From positions 11,632,651 through 11,696,650 of the forward strand of contig CM120647.1 in assembly GCA_051362555.1 (NCBI GenBank): a DNA stretch of 64,000 nucleotides. The letters are read 5' to 3'. The first letter of the stretch is position 1, and each line of letters begins with the position of its first letter. Below, piece after piece: positions 12,067 to 22,909 of the stretch. The notes under the pieces were generated by a model. It was not told where the DNA came from, searched no databases, and saw only the letters and a list, made by a program, of their open reading frames with translations. Made by a program: the position numbers and the translations under genes. The DNA comes from Lingula anatina. Its lineage: Eukaryota; Animalia; Brachiopoda.

Positions 12067-13102
12067 GCTGCACTCATAACTTAAGGAGGCTATCTTATAT
12101 TTCAGAACTAATATTTCTGCCCTAGTGATTTTGATGAAAATTGTAGGAAAACATCTTCTCAACATATGAATAAAAAATATGAAAAAAATGGGGGTATTCT
12201 AGATCGATTTCGAGAGGTGGCGTCCTGAAAAACGCCATGTTTCAATTTTATGTGAATATGTTATAGTTCTTGGTAGAAGTACATTGCGTTATATGGGGAT
12301 TTCTCCAAAATGTCCTTACTTTGGCTTAAATATTCAAAAATAAAAAAAAAAATCTGCTATAAGTATTTCAATTTTATGTGGATATGTTATAGTTCTCTGT
12401 AGAAGTCACAGAAATGTACAAATATATATGTGTGTGTGTTTGTGTTTGTGTGTGTGTGTCATACCCAGCTTGTTTTTGAGCCAGGGCTGCTTGAACATCA
12501 AGTTTAATAATTTTACACAAAGATCAAAGGAAATTTCCTAGCGAATTGATATAAATATGTTCCTACAGGGTAGGTTCGTGCACATCACTTAAGCTATTTC
12601 ACAAAAATTGCACCTGTTTTTTTAGATTAACCTCTACTTTTATCGATCTCAACGCCTTGTCTGATCCACCTGAAAGAAATATAGTGAACATGAGGCAAAC
12701 TAACACGTTTACATGTAGGCGAAGGGGGTATACTTTAATATTGATTACAAACAATATCAACAGCCAGTCAAGACCGTTGCCTGTCTTTCACACGTTTACA
12801 CGAACACACGAAGGTCGCGTCGCGAAATGCATCCATCTCTCTCCTTCGAACAAGCAAAGGGCTGGCCCGAAGTAAGCTTTCTAAACTAATTTCCTTTTGA
12901 TTGTATATTGTAATTACTCCACTTGCTCGCCTCCTTTGTCTTGTAAAGTGACAAAGAATGTGTTGTTCTCACACTTGAGTTGATAAAACTTTATAACTCC
13001 TTTGTCTTGTTGAATAATGTCTTTATCAAGGTTATAATCAGTGTGAAGATGGTGTCTTGCCTCACTTAAAAAGGCAGCTGATTTTCATACTGGTTGTTGA
13101 TT
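11555..13102 (+). repeat. Segmental duplication, copy 1 (B C-terminus plus ~1.3 kb downstream)
   Basis: Nearly identical to ~16285-17775, including the (TTA)n and (TG)n tracts. Confidence 0.9.
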
Positions 13103-14004
13103 AACTTATGCTAACCCACTTTGTACAAATAGGTTTCAATAAATCGACAAAATTATGACTTTTATGAACGTATCGATACGATTGAAATAAATGGACAAGA
13201 AGGATTATGGTATAGTTACTATTTACCTTTGGCGTTAACTTCGCTCTGCTATATAAATGAACAGATGTTGCAGATTGTAACAAAAATTTTATTATAGTGT
13301 TTTTTTATGACATATGCTTTACATATTTGATAGTGAAACACTCCTCGGCTTTATAATGAATCACCTGACGTTAACTATGTCTCCCCCTCCCATGCCTCCC
13401 GAAAAACTGCTTCTTTTAATTTCGAAATGAATTGTTTTTAAGACAAAGAAGTTCATTAACCCTTTTACGACTCAGTCATTTTACAGCATGTTGTAAACGA
13501 TCTTTAAAAAAGTTAATTATTGTACCCCGCTTTTCAGTGTTCATCCTGGTGCTTTCATCGGGGTTACCTCAGGTTGAGGTACGATTACGTCGCTAGCCTA
13601 AATCCATATGTTAGTGGAATATATTAAAGTACACGTAAAGCTTTGTGAAGTCCCTATTGTCACGCATCATAGATGCTTAATTTTGTCTTGAATGAAAAAA
13701 AATAGCCTCAACTTATCGTTTTGTGCTTAAACCTTTCATAACTTGGACCGAGGTTTGATAAACAGTGTACTGTAGCTATTATTACGTTCCTCAGCATCTA
13801 AATGATAAGCGAGGATGTCTACCTGTAAAAGCAGCAGCGGCGGTTTAAATGATCGCTATCTCGGTTCCTTTTTTTGCAGCAACATAAAAAGTGTTTAGGG
13901 TGAAAGTCACACAACGACCCGACGTTGTTTTTTCTTCACATTTCCTCCTTTTTTACTGCAATTTCTATCGTCAATTCATGAAACCGCGCGATAAATTTTG
14001 TTGT

Positions 14005-14147
14005 TCTGGCGGATTTCTTTTAGACGATCCAGAATGCGCTTTACGATCTACGGCTTTGTGTCTGACAGATCGCATTCCTCCAGCGGGTCTCTCTTCATGT
14101 CGTAAAGCCAAACATTCTTATCCAAGGGGACATTCTTTTGCAGGGTA
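14005..14147 (-). pseudogene. Second relic of the arylsulfatase terminal exon
   Basis: ctggcggatttctt..agacgatccag..tgcgctttacgatct...cttatccaaggggacatt matches 22997-23138. It is followed by the same downstream block as the 6.0 kb relic. Confidence 0.85.
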
Positions 14148-14214
14148 CATATAATTGCATTGTGTTGAATCATTAGTTTTGGTCACTGGTAAACGGAAAA
14201 TGTATCAAACCGGT

Positions 14215-14397
14215 ACGACTACTTGTGGTTGAATCGTAATCAGTTCGTGATTGATCAAGAATTGCAAGAACTGACTACGAATATATACGAATCTGTTAAG
14301 AATATCACGAACTGATTATGATTAAACCAGGAATTCTGAAATTTGTCAATTCCTGGCGATTCATGGGATTCGTGGTCTGTGTGAAATGGGGGCATTA
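14215..14397. mobile_element. Small inserted element with an internal palindrome
   Basis: Absent from the homologous blocks at ~4085-4110 and ~6270-6300; internal arms aatcgtaatcagttcgtgat / atcacgaactgattatgatt. Confidence 0.5.
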
Positions 14398-14733
14398 AGC
14401 AACTCCATAAATGCGACAGTTGAGAAATCTAGATGTGACAGCATGCAGTGTATTGTGTTTTTATGTTTATAACATTTTCGAAACGGGGGATAGAAAAATG
14501 GTCACTGAATTTGTCTGTAGTTAGCTGGCTCAGTTGATATAAGAAATGATTCCCGTTGCACCGTTTTGTTTTATTTGACTACCACCACGATTGACATTAA
14601 ATGTTCAAGTTGAAGGTCAACACTGAGCAAGTGTGTAAAAGTTTGTTTGTTAAAATTTTGTTGTTCTAAAGTGAAATCTGTTGGCCATTTCTTTCTAAAG
14701 GCATGGGAAGTTGACTTGTAATTTTACGGCGGC

Positions 14734-14735
<2 letters not shown>

Positions 14736-14799
<64 letters not shown>
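14736..14799. repeat. (AT)n microsatellite
   Basis: Directly visible; another lies at ~18689-18737. Confidence 0.9.
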
Positions 14800-14803
<4 letters not shown>

Positions 14804-15473
14804 TAAAGAGTTTAAGATATAAAAATAAAAAAAAATGTCTTTCAAAGACTGTTGCCTTGTTTTGCGTTTGACAATCACATCATTTTTATGTGATTGATTA
14901 TTATTCAACGACAAACACCGTGGTATGAAATTTATAATTTGATTACATATTCTGATCCAATCTGTTCAGTAATGTAACTCACAAATATTAAATTTTAAAA
15001 TGTTCAATTTTTCTATGGACTGTCTTATAACTTCAGTTTGACAGTTGAATTCCGGAGTGTTGGAACGAAAACTTTTTCGGGCAATCGTTTAGTTATAGTG
15101 TAGAAATTGAACAGTTTTAAAATTTCATCTTTATTCAATATATATTACATAGATATACAGTATCCTGCGAGTATCTAACCACAGTCTGAACATCTTTATT
15201 CATATTGTATTGTTCATAGTATTAATGCGGATAGCTGAGAGCTCAAGTCTAGGACTATTAATCGTATTTGTCCTCTGCTTATTGGGTTACAAGTTGTGAG
15301 AAATCAAAGTGAATCCCGAATAACTGTTGCCGCCCATGTGTGAAGATCTTTTAGCAGGCTTAGATTTTGTATGTGTTTGACTTATTTTCTGTTGAATTTC
15401 GCATTTCTGAACAAGGTTCATCATTTTGTGATTTACGTATGAGTCTGGATACAGTTAATGCGCATTCTTCCAA

Positions 15474-15775
15474 TCAATTTTTCATTTGGCCGCTGTTTTC
15501 GTCAATGTTGAAGGTGGACATTATCGCCCTCATTTCTTCTTCGGCAAGCTTTTTAGGATCCATACCCGCTGTATTAACCGGGGTTTTAGACTGCTTACTG
15601 TGTCCATCTCTTGTACCGAGATCAGAGTGACCATATACTCCTATCAAAACATAAACTTTTGGGATACCCGAATATCTCTGCTCTCTGAACAGAAGAAGGT
15701 GGTCCGATGAATTTCCTCCTAGGTGAACTTTGTGGAGAACATTCGTTTCCGGCTTACATTCCCTGTCATCAATGA
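15474..15775 (-). pseudogene. Family C, 5'-truncated copy (C-terminal ~100 codons, still open)
   Basis: RECKPETNVLHKVHLGGNSSDHLLLFREQRYSGIPKVYVLIGVYGHSDL aligns with 8287-8590. The 3' flank 15235-15360 matches 8040-8170. The 5' part is replaced by the B exon. Confidence 0.8.
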
Positions 15776-15892
15776 CCAGGCTGGTGAACAAAAGGGTGAC
15801 ACAGAAGAAAACATTTGCATTTTCACATTCATAGGGATAGCCAAGGAAACAAGAACTTAAATAGGGAAACCATAAACAAAGCCCCGCTAATC

Positions 15893-16483
15893 ATGCAAGA
15901 AAACTACACAAAGGAATCAATGGTTTATCGTCAAGGTGTGGATCGAAAACCAGAGAAAAGTGAAGGAGAACATTTTAAGCGTGCTCGCATTGACCGCGCC
16001 TCTCATATTGGTATACTCCACAGTGAACCTAAGAGTTACTTGTATACATCACATACTTCTATGGAAACGGTGTTCAGTGACTCAAACGAAAACCGTGGCA
16101 GTATGGAAGGGAAAATACAGCTAGTGGAAGGTGCAATGTATGCGCGCTGCTCGACAATATTGGAGCCTCAGAAAGATGCCACGTTAAAAGGCGTCGATCA
16201 AGACTTTCTTATTAATGAACCTAAGGATCCCAAGGTCAGCCTTATGACCCATAAAGAACGTCTCAAGCTTAAATATTGTCTTCAAATGGAGAAGGCCCAC
16301 CAGGAAAAATGTCTGGTAGAGCTCGGATATCTGGACCCTAGTAATTATGACTTGACAGACCCAGAAGAGGTGGAGGAGTTTAAACAGCTGTGGACAGCGT
16401 TGTACGACCGTATGGACACTTGGTTAGGTGGGTGGAGGCGCTGGCAAGACAAGGAGTACTGTGAAATGATTGAAAATATGTAA
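15893..16483 (+). CDS. Family B protein, copy 3 (196 aa from ATG 15893); native splice acceptor/promoter apparently deleted
   Basis: Open frame containing the conserved C-terminal block; N-terminus homologous to copy 4 (RKPE..EGEH.KRA.ID.ASH.GI.HS.PKS). Confidence 0.6.
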   Translation: MQENYTKESMVYRQGVDRKPEKSEGEHFKRARIDRASHIGILHSEPKSYLYTSHTSMETVFSDSNENRGSMEGKIQLVEGAMYARCSTILEPQKDATLKGVDQDFLINEPKDPKVSLMTHKERLKLKYCLQMEKAHQEKCLVELGYLDPSNYDLTDPEEVEEFKQLWTALYDRMDTWLGGWRRWQDKEYCEMIENM

Positions 16484-16748
16484 CAAAATTGAGAGCTATC
16501 AGGTCGACCAAGACATTTGCGCCTTAAGCACTAACTACTGATAAAAACTGACCTAAATGTAGTGGATTTAAAGTTAATCTTAACCTTAATATGATTTAAA
16601 TATCGTCATAAAACTAAATGGTTTTCATCTTTCTTTCTCATATTTTAAAAATCTTATTCTTATTTATTGAATTTTACTATTTTATGAGTCTTATTCTCAA
16701 ATATTAAATGTTACTATGTAGCATCTAACTATATGGATGCAAACACAA

Positions 16749-16789
<41 letters not shown>

Positions 16790-17775
16790 GCTGCACTCAT
16801 AACTTAAGGAGGCTCTCTTATATTTTAGAACTAATATTTCTGCCCTAGTGATTTTGATGAAAATTGTAGGAAAACATCTTCTCACCATATGCGTAAAAAA
16901 TATGAAAAAATGGGGGTATTCCAGATCGATTTCGAGAGGTGGCGTCCTGAAAAACGCCACGTTTCAATTTTATGTGAATATGTTATAGTCCTTGGTAGAA
17001 ATACATTGTGTTATATGGGGATTTCGCCAAAATGCCCTTACTTTGGCTTAAATATTCAAAAAAAAAAAAAAAAAATCTGCTATAAGTATTTCAATTTTAT
17101 GTGGGTATGTTATAGTTCTCGGTAGAAGTCACAGAAATGTACAAATATATGTGTGTGTGTGTGTGTGTCATACCCAGCTTGTTTTTGAGCCAGGGCTGCT
17201 TGAACATCAAGTTTTATTAATTTTACACAAAGATCAAAGGAAATTTCCTAGCGAATTGATATAAATATGTTCGTACAGGGTAGGTTAGTGCACATCACTT
17301 AAGCTATTTCACAAAAATTGCACCTGTTTTTTTAGATTAACCTCTACTTTTATCGATCTCAACGCCTTGTCTGATCCACCTGAAAGAAATATAGTGAACA
17401 TGAGGCAAACTAACAAGTTTACATGTAGGCGAAGGGGGTATACTTCAAGACCGTTGCCTGTCTTTCACACGTTTACGCGAACACACGAAGGTCGCGTCGC
17501 GATATCTATTTCTCCTTCGAACAAGCAAAGGGCTGGCCCGAAGTAAGCTTTCTAAACTAATTTCCTTTTGATTGTATATTGCAATTACTCCACTTGCTCG
17601 CCTCCTTTGTCTCGTAAAAGTGACAAAGAATGTGTTGTTTTCACACTTGAGTTGATTGAACTTTACACAACTCCTTTGCCTTGTTGAATAATATCTTTAT
17701 CAAGGTTATAATCAGTGTGAAGAGGGTGTCTTGCCTCCCTTAAAAGGCTGTTGATTTTCATACTGGTTGTTGATT
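16285..17775 (+). repeat. Segmental duplication, copy 2
   Basis: Nearly identical to 11555-13102, with a small internal deletion near 17445. Confidence 0.9.
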
Positions 17776-18019
17776 ATGCCACTAAATGGGGAGATTCTCG
17801 AGGAGACCGATAGTGTTGAAAGGTCTGAATAATTTTAAATGTGAAGGTTAGCTTAGATTATCATACAATGGATGGTATCATAATTGCCTTAGATCTTCAG
17901 TGTGTGCAACAAGTGGCGCAACAAATGATATAATGTCTTTTTGTTTTGATATGTTAACAAGCCTTTCTTAGTATAAAACATCTCAGACTACCTAATGGAG
18001 GATTTATTGCACAGGTCAT

Positions 18020-18665
18020 GGTATGAAATGTATGACTGAATAATTTTAACTGTTTTGAGATTTCGTTCTGGGTATAAAAATCCAAAATGGCCGCCAATTT
18101 CTGGATTCAAAATGTACATTATTTTGATTTGCATGTTAAAAAACATTAAATTGAATAATTAGTAAATTAAAAATATTTATTTTTTGATAAAATTATCTGT
18201 ATTGCAATCTCATTTTGCTTCTTGGCCACTTTTTTTCTGCCAAAAAGTGTTTTTTTTTTTTTGCTTCATTTATCATGATTCCAAGTTTGCCATTGATAAA
18301 AATGAACTGCACGCTACCTGTATGGACAATACCACATGTTGTGAGCCTTACTTAAAAGGCTATTTCTGAGCGTTATTCTTCAAGTTATGGAATGGAATAT
18401 ATAACTGAATGATTCAAAATGGTTTTAGGCTTACAGTTTAGGGTTGAAAAGTCCAAAATGGCCGTCAATTTCTGGATTCAAAACAAAAAAAAAAACATTT
18501 TGATTTACATGTTGAAAAGCATCAATTTGAATGAAAGGCAAATCATAAAAGTATATATTTTGATAAACTGTAGTGTCCTTTTACTGTTTATAATCCAATT
18601 TTCCAAAAAGTAATTATCTTAGCTCCAATTATCAAAAATATCCAAGATGGCCACCAACAAAAATG
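18020..18665. repeat. Diverged ~380-bp tandem duplication with tccaaaatggccg motifs (probable transposon interior)
   Basis: tccaaaatggccg.caatttctggattcaaaa occurs at 18081 and 18452; tccaagatggccacc at 18640. Confidence 0.5.
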
Positions 18666-18684
18666 AATTTGAACTGTTGAGTCG

Positions 18685-18740
<56 letters not shown>

Positions 18741-19669
18741 TGTAATTAATAAGGTTGAGTGAATCTCAAATGCTTTGCCGTTTTCTTGAACAGAAATTGA
18801 TACATAACACACAAGGGACAGCAATTTTTTCAGCAGCAACTATATAGGTTAGAAAATGAAAATTTTCAATATTGCAGACAAAATGCATGCCCAAAACGCC
18901 CTAACAAGAGTGACGTACATCATTTACAAGTTAAGGATCAATAGTTTGTTATATGGGGGTGGGCTGTAAAATTTAATTTTCATATGACTTCTAGTCAGCA
19001 CTTCTATTGTTACATTTCAAGTGGACTTGGGTTACTGGTAAATTGCTTGTTGAAAGTTCACTGTCAAGCTTGACGAAAGAGCCAGGATCTCAGCCATAAA
19101 AGGGACTTACTAGTAGTAGTGATAAGATTTCTCACATTCTGCTAGGTGTTAATCGTAAAGAAGAATCAGAATTATCCTAACCTCAAGCAACCAAAAGGTA
19201 AATATCTTTAATTTATCTGAAAAAAGGGATGGATAACATGCAGCTGTAGCATTATTCTACATGTATATATCCGGGAAGCAATCACTATCACAAACTAAGA
19301 CCAGTAAAGAAGTTGCAAGAAAATGTCTGGATCTACAAGAACATCTTTTGTCTCTTTATAGAACAGTGCTGAATAATGCATTCAGGGAACTCATGAAGTG
19401 GTGCTGCAGAGTGAAGTACATTGATGGTGAATGATGTATGGCACATGTAAGTGACGATGAAAGAATTCAAGCACAACGTGACAAATGATGTTTATGAGAC
19501 AATGTATATATAGGTGCAGATAATTCTTGCACTTCACGGATAGGTACTGCTCAATATGTTCCATGAATTCTTTTAAAATCCATCATTATTCTGTTGAGAG
19601 GAAAAATATTTGGAGATCCAATCATTGGAGAAACACAGACTAAAACAAACTTTCTTAATAAACTTATTA

Positions 19670-19845
19670 ACAAATAGATCACCACCAAAATCTACTAGTA
19701 CTTACTTTTAGCCTAAAAATGACTTATCCTAAACACTTCATTAATGTCTATCCTGAAATTTTTGAGTTAGGCTGGTAACAATCTGAGAAACCATAACAAA
19801 TGGACAAAAGACGGTGAAAATATGACCTTCTCGGAAGAGGTAATA
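19670..19845 (+). mobile_element. Degenerate Helentron-associated (HINE/DINE-like) repeat
   Basis: Ends ggtgaaaatatgaccttctcggaagaggtaa, related to 25200-25364. Confidence 0.4.
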
Positions 19846-20439
19846 AAGCATCCAATTAGGCTCCCGTATACCTGTGTGTATATGGATCAGAGACCTGAAC
19901 ACAGGGCAAGAGGCTCACTCTCTGTTAAAACAAAGGTGTTTGCACACAAATTTTCTCATCATCTGGCAAGCCAGAGTAACTATTACAGAAGTTTTAAAGA
20001 GGCATTTCTGTGCTAAAGAAGACTAAGTTGACTTGGACATGTGAACTAGATGAATGTGGCATAGCAAAATCCCCAAAACAGCTCTTTCCTGTACTATTTG
20101 ACCAATTGGTTTTGGGTAGCAATCTCAGAGGAAGGCCATGGTTGAGACTTAAGGACTGACACTTGCAAAAGCAGCCTGTTCAATTCCACACAGTAACACA
20201 CTGGCAAAGGAGTAAACATTAGAGCAAAGTAGAATTAATCTTATTAAGTCTCTCAAAGAAAAACTAAAAGAAATCAACAACTCGCTACAGCAAAATGAAT
20301 AGACTTTGAAGCAAAGTCACCAAGAAATACTGATATGAACCCTGTAGCACCTCCCTTGCTTGTAGATTATCAAACAGAACTTGCTTATAAAACATGGAAA
20401 AGATGAGCCATGAGGGAATCCGAAGTTAAAAGACTATGG

Positions 20440-20825
20440 ATACCAAATTAAGACATCCATTGCTGCATACAGGTAGAATTGTGGTGTCATCTACATACTT
20501 GAATGTGTCACATTTGGTGCTCAGATCATTAATCATAATGAAAAATAAAACTGGACCTAGTTTTGTGCCTTGTGGTACACCAGCATTAATGCGTTGCCAG
20601 TCTGATTTCACACTACCTATCTTCACACTTAGTTACCTCTCAGTTAGGAAGCTGTAAATCCAGTTTGAAATAATTCCTTGGATACCTAATTCAAACAGTT
20701 TTTGATAAAGCAGGGTATGGTCTATTCTATCGAATGCTTTAGTGTAATCGACCAAAAGCATTCTGGCATATTGTCCTAGAGTGTCAGTCTGCCTTGCAAT
20801 AAGGTCAATAGCTTCGATCAGTGCG
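20440..20825 (-). mobile_element. Non-LTR retrotransposon RT fragment (L2/CR1 group)
   Basis: Translates to GVPQGTKLGPVLFFIMINDL...KYVDDTT; upstream LVDYTKAFDRIDH-type motif; contains stops. Confidence 0.8.
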
Positions 20826-21040
20826 TATGTTATTTTCTTGTAGTTCGTCTGAAGTTGACCAGGTTTGTGAACAAAAGGGACGCACGGAAGTCAACATTTG
20901 CATTGTCGTATCCTGTCGAAAATCACAGGGATTACTTATTACTAGTACTTAACAATAACTTAAAAACAAACAAACCATAAAACAAAACCCCGCCGACGAG
21001 CAAGAAAACTACCCAAAGGAATCGGTTAAGTAGTGAAGGC

Positions 21041-21577
21041 ATGGAACGAAAACCAGAGTCAGGTGAAGGAGAACATATTAAGCGTGCTTGTATTGACCTC
21101 GCCTCTCATACTGGTATAGTCCACAGTGTACCTAAGAGCACTGTGTCTTTACCATCTTTATCAATGGATACGGTGTCCAGCAACTCACGCCATTGTACCA
21201 AAGACCGTGACGATACGGAAGGGGAAATACAGCCAGTGAGACGTACGGTGTACGCGTGCTACACAGGAATGGATTTCACTCTGAAAGTTGCTCAAGACTA
21301 CCCTTTGCATGGTCTCAAGAATTCCCAGGTCAGCGTCAAGACCCATAAGGATTACACCAGACTTAAATATCGTCTTCGGAAAGAGAAGGCTCACCAGGAA
21401 AAATGTCTGGTAGAGCTCGGATACCTGGATCCAGGTAATTATGACTTGACAGACCCAGAAGAGGTGGAGGAGCTTAAGCAACTGTGGACAGCATTGTACG
21501 AACGCATGGACACTTGGTTAGGTGGGTGGAGGCGCTAGCAAGACAAGGAGTACTGTCAAATGATTGAAAATATGTAA
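21041..21577 (+). pseudogene. Family B copy 4 with a premature stop near the C-terminus
   Basis: TGG>TAG at 21536-21538; the remaining QDKEYCQMIENM* is still present downstream. The acceptor ttcttgtag at ~20843 is retained. Confidence 0.7.
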
Positions 21578-21799
21578 TGACTAGTTGGGTACGAACACAT
21601 TAAACACATATAACACATAAGTTTTACATTGGTTGTGAACTGTAGAGATTATGCACATTATGGCGTTCACCTACCGGTATTACTACAAAAAGGCTATGAC
21701 CGTTTTGTGCACCTTAAAAATGCCTTCAAAACGTTCTTTAGGACTCTGCTGAACTCTAGAGGAATCCCACAGAACACACTGGGGCTCTGTAGGAATTCT

Positions 21800-22100
21800 A
21801 TCCCACCACCCCGTTTCCATGTACTTTTATTTACAAATGATCACATCACAGCTGTGAACTGTTAGAAATAGTGCTTTTTATTACGGAAACCGTGTCTAAC
21901 ATGATGAATACAAAATAGTGGTGAAAATATACACATTTTATACCATTTAGTAAAATTTATAAGAGGTACCCCCTCAAATCGACTGTTTTACTGTGACTTC
22001 TACAGATGTAAAGAAATGTCTATAAAATTGAAAAGACGCCATCAAATGTCATCAAATTCACACACAATTAGCATTAGGGTGTGCTCGTTAAAGATCACGT
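21800..22100. repeat. Dispersed ~300-bp repeat, inverted copy at ~32090-32390
   Basis: cttttatttacaaatgatcacatcacag and ttagcattagggtgtgctcgtt occur reverse-complemented at ~32340-32370 and ~32098-32120. Confidence 0.6.
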
Positions 22101-22208
22101 GCCTAACAGCGTGTGCGTCTATCTTTAAGATAAAAAATCAACAATCTAGTCTTTTGGTCGTATGGGCAAAAGACAGCATTCATAGAAACAAATACTGAAA
22201 AACATTAA

Positions 22209-22465
22209 AGCCTCATTCCCATAGTCAACATCGGTCTACATGGATCGACCCAACTCGGTGGGGAGTCTCGCTGAGTGCAATCAGTTTTACTGAATGACAC
22301 GCCTACTGGTGTTAAGAAAAACACAGAAAAGCTGGTTATTATACGACTACGTTGGAAACAGCATACAGGGTATGTGTCATTTAGTAATGCTGACTGCACT
22401 TAGCAAGAGTCCTCGAAGAGTTGGGTCGATCCGTCTCAACCGATGGTGTCTATGTAAATGGGGTC
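22209..22465. mobile_element. Palindromic MITE downstream of arylsulfatase 1
   Basis: Long imperfect inverted arms (catcggt...ggatcgacccaactc / gagttgggtcgatcc...accgatgg). Homologues lie at the same relative position downstream of ARS2 and ARS3. Confidence 0.7.
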
Positions 22466-22724
22466 TAAAGTGTTTTAGAATCCAACACAACATTAAGCGG
22501 GAAATTTAAAACCGACATTTTTTTAATTTACTGTTTTGGTATTTTGATTATTATTACTTTTCTTAGGTTACGTGATTATGTTATTTTAACTTTCTTTTCG
22601 CGATAATAATAATATACTTTTCTTTAGTTATGTGATAATGTTATTTTTTAATTTCTTTTCGCGAAAATAATAATAAACGTTTCTTTAGTTACGTGATTAT
22701 GTTATGTTTTACTTTCTTTTTGCG

Positions 22725-22770
<46 letters not shown>

Positions 22771-22909
22771 TAAGAAAAAATAATAATATCGGTTTCAGCA
22801 GAAAGTATAATATATTTATTCACTAAAGATAACAGATCATTCGAAAGAATGAAATAATCAATGAGTCGTATCATTATAAAATCAGCTTTCTAAATTCTCA
22901 TCACTTAAC

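Noticed and set aside
11968-12165. Duplicated hydrophobic ORF with poly-Ile (also 16697-16960)
   Set aside because: Produced by a (TTA)n microsatellite in a recent segmental duplication; no evidence of coding constraint.
22560-22730. ~62-bp AT-rich tandem repeats in the ARS1 3' region, and a 28-bp duplication at ~9396-9450
   Set aside because: Ordinary local slippage duplications with no sign of function.
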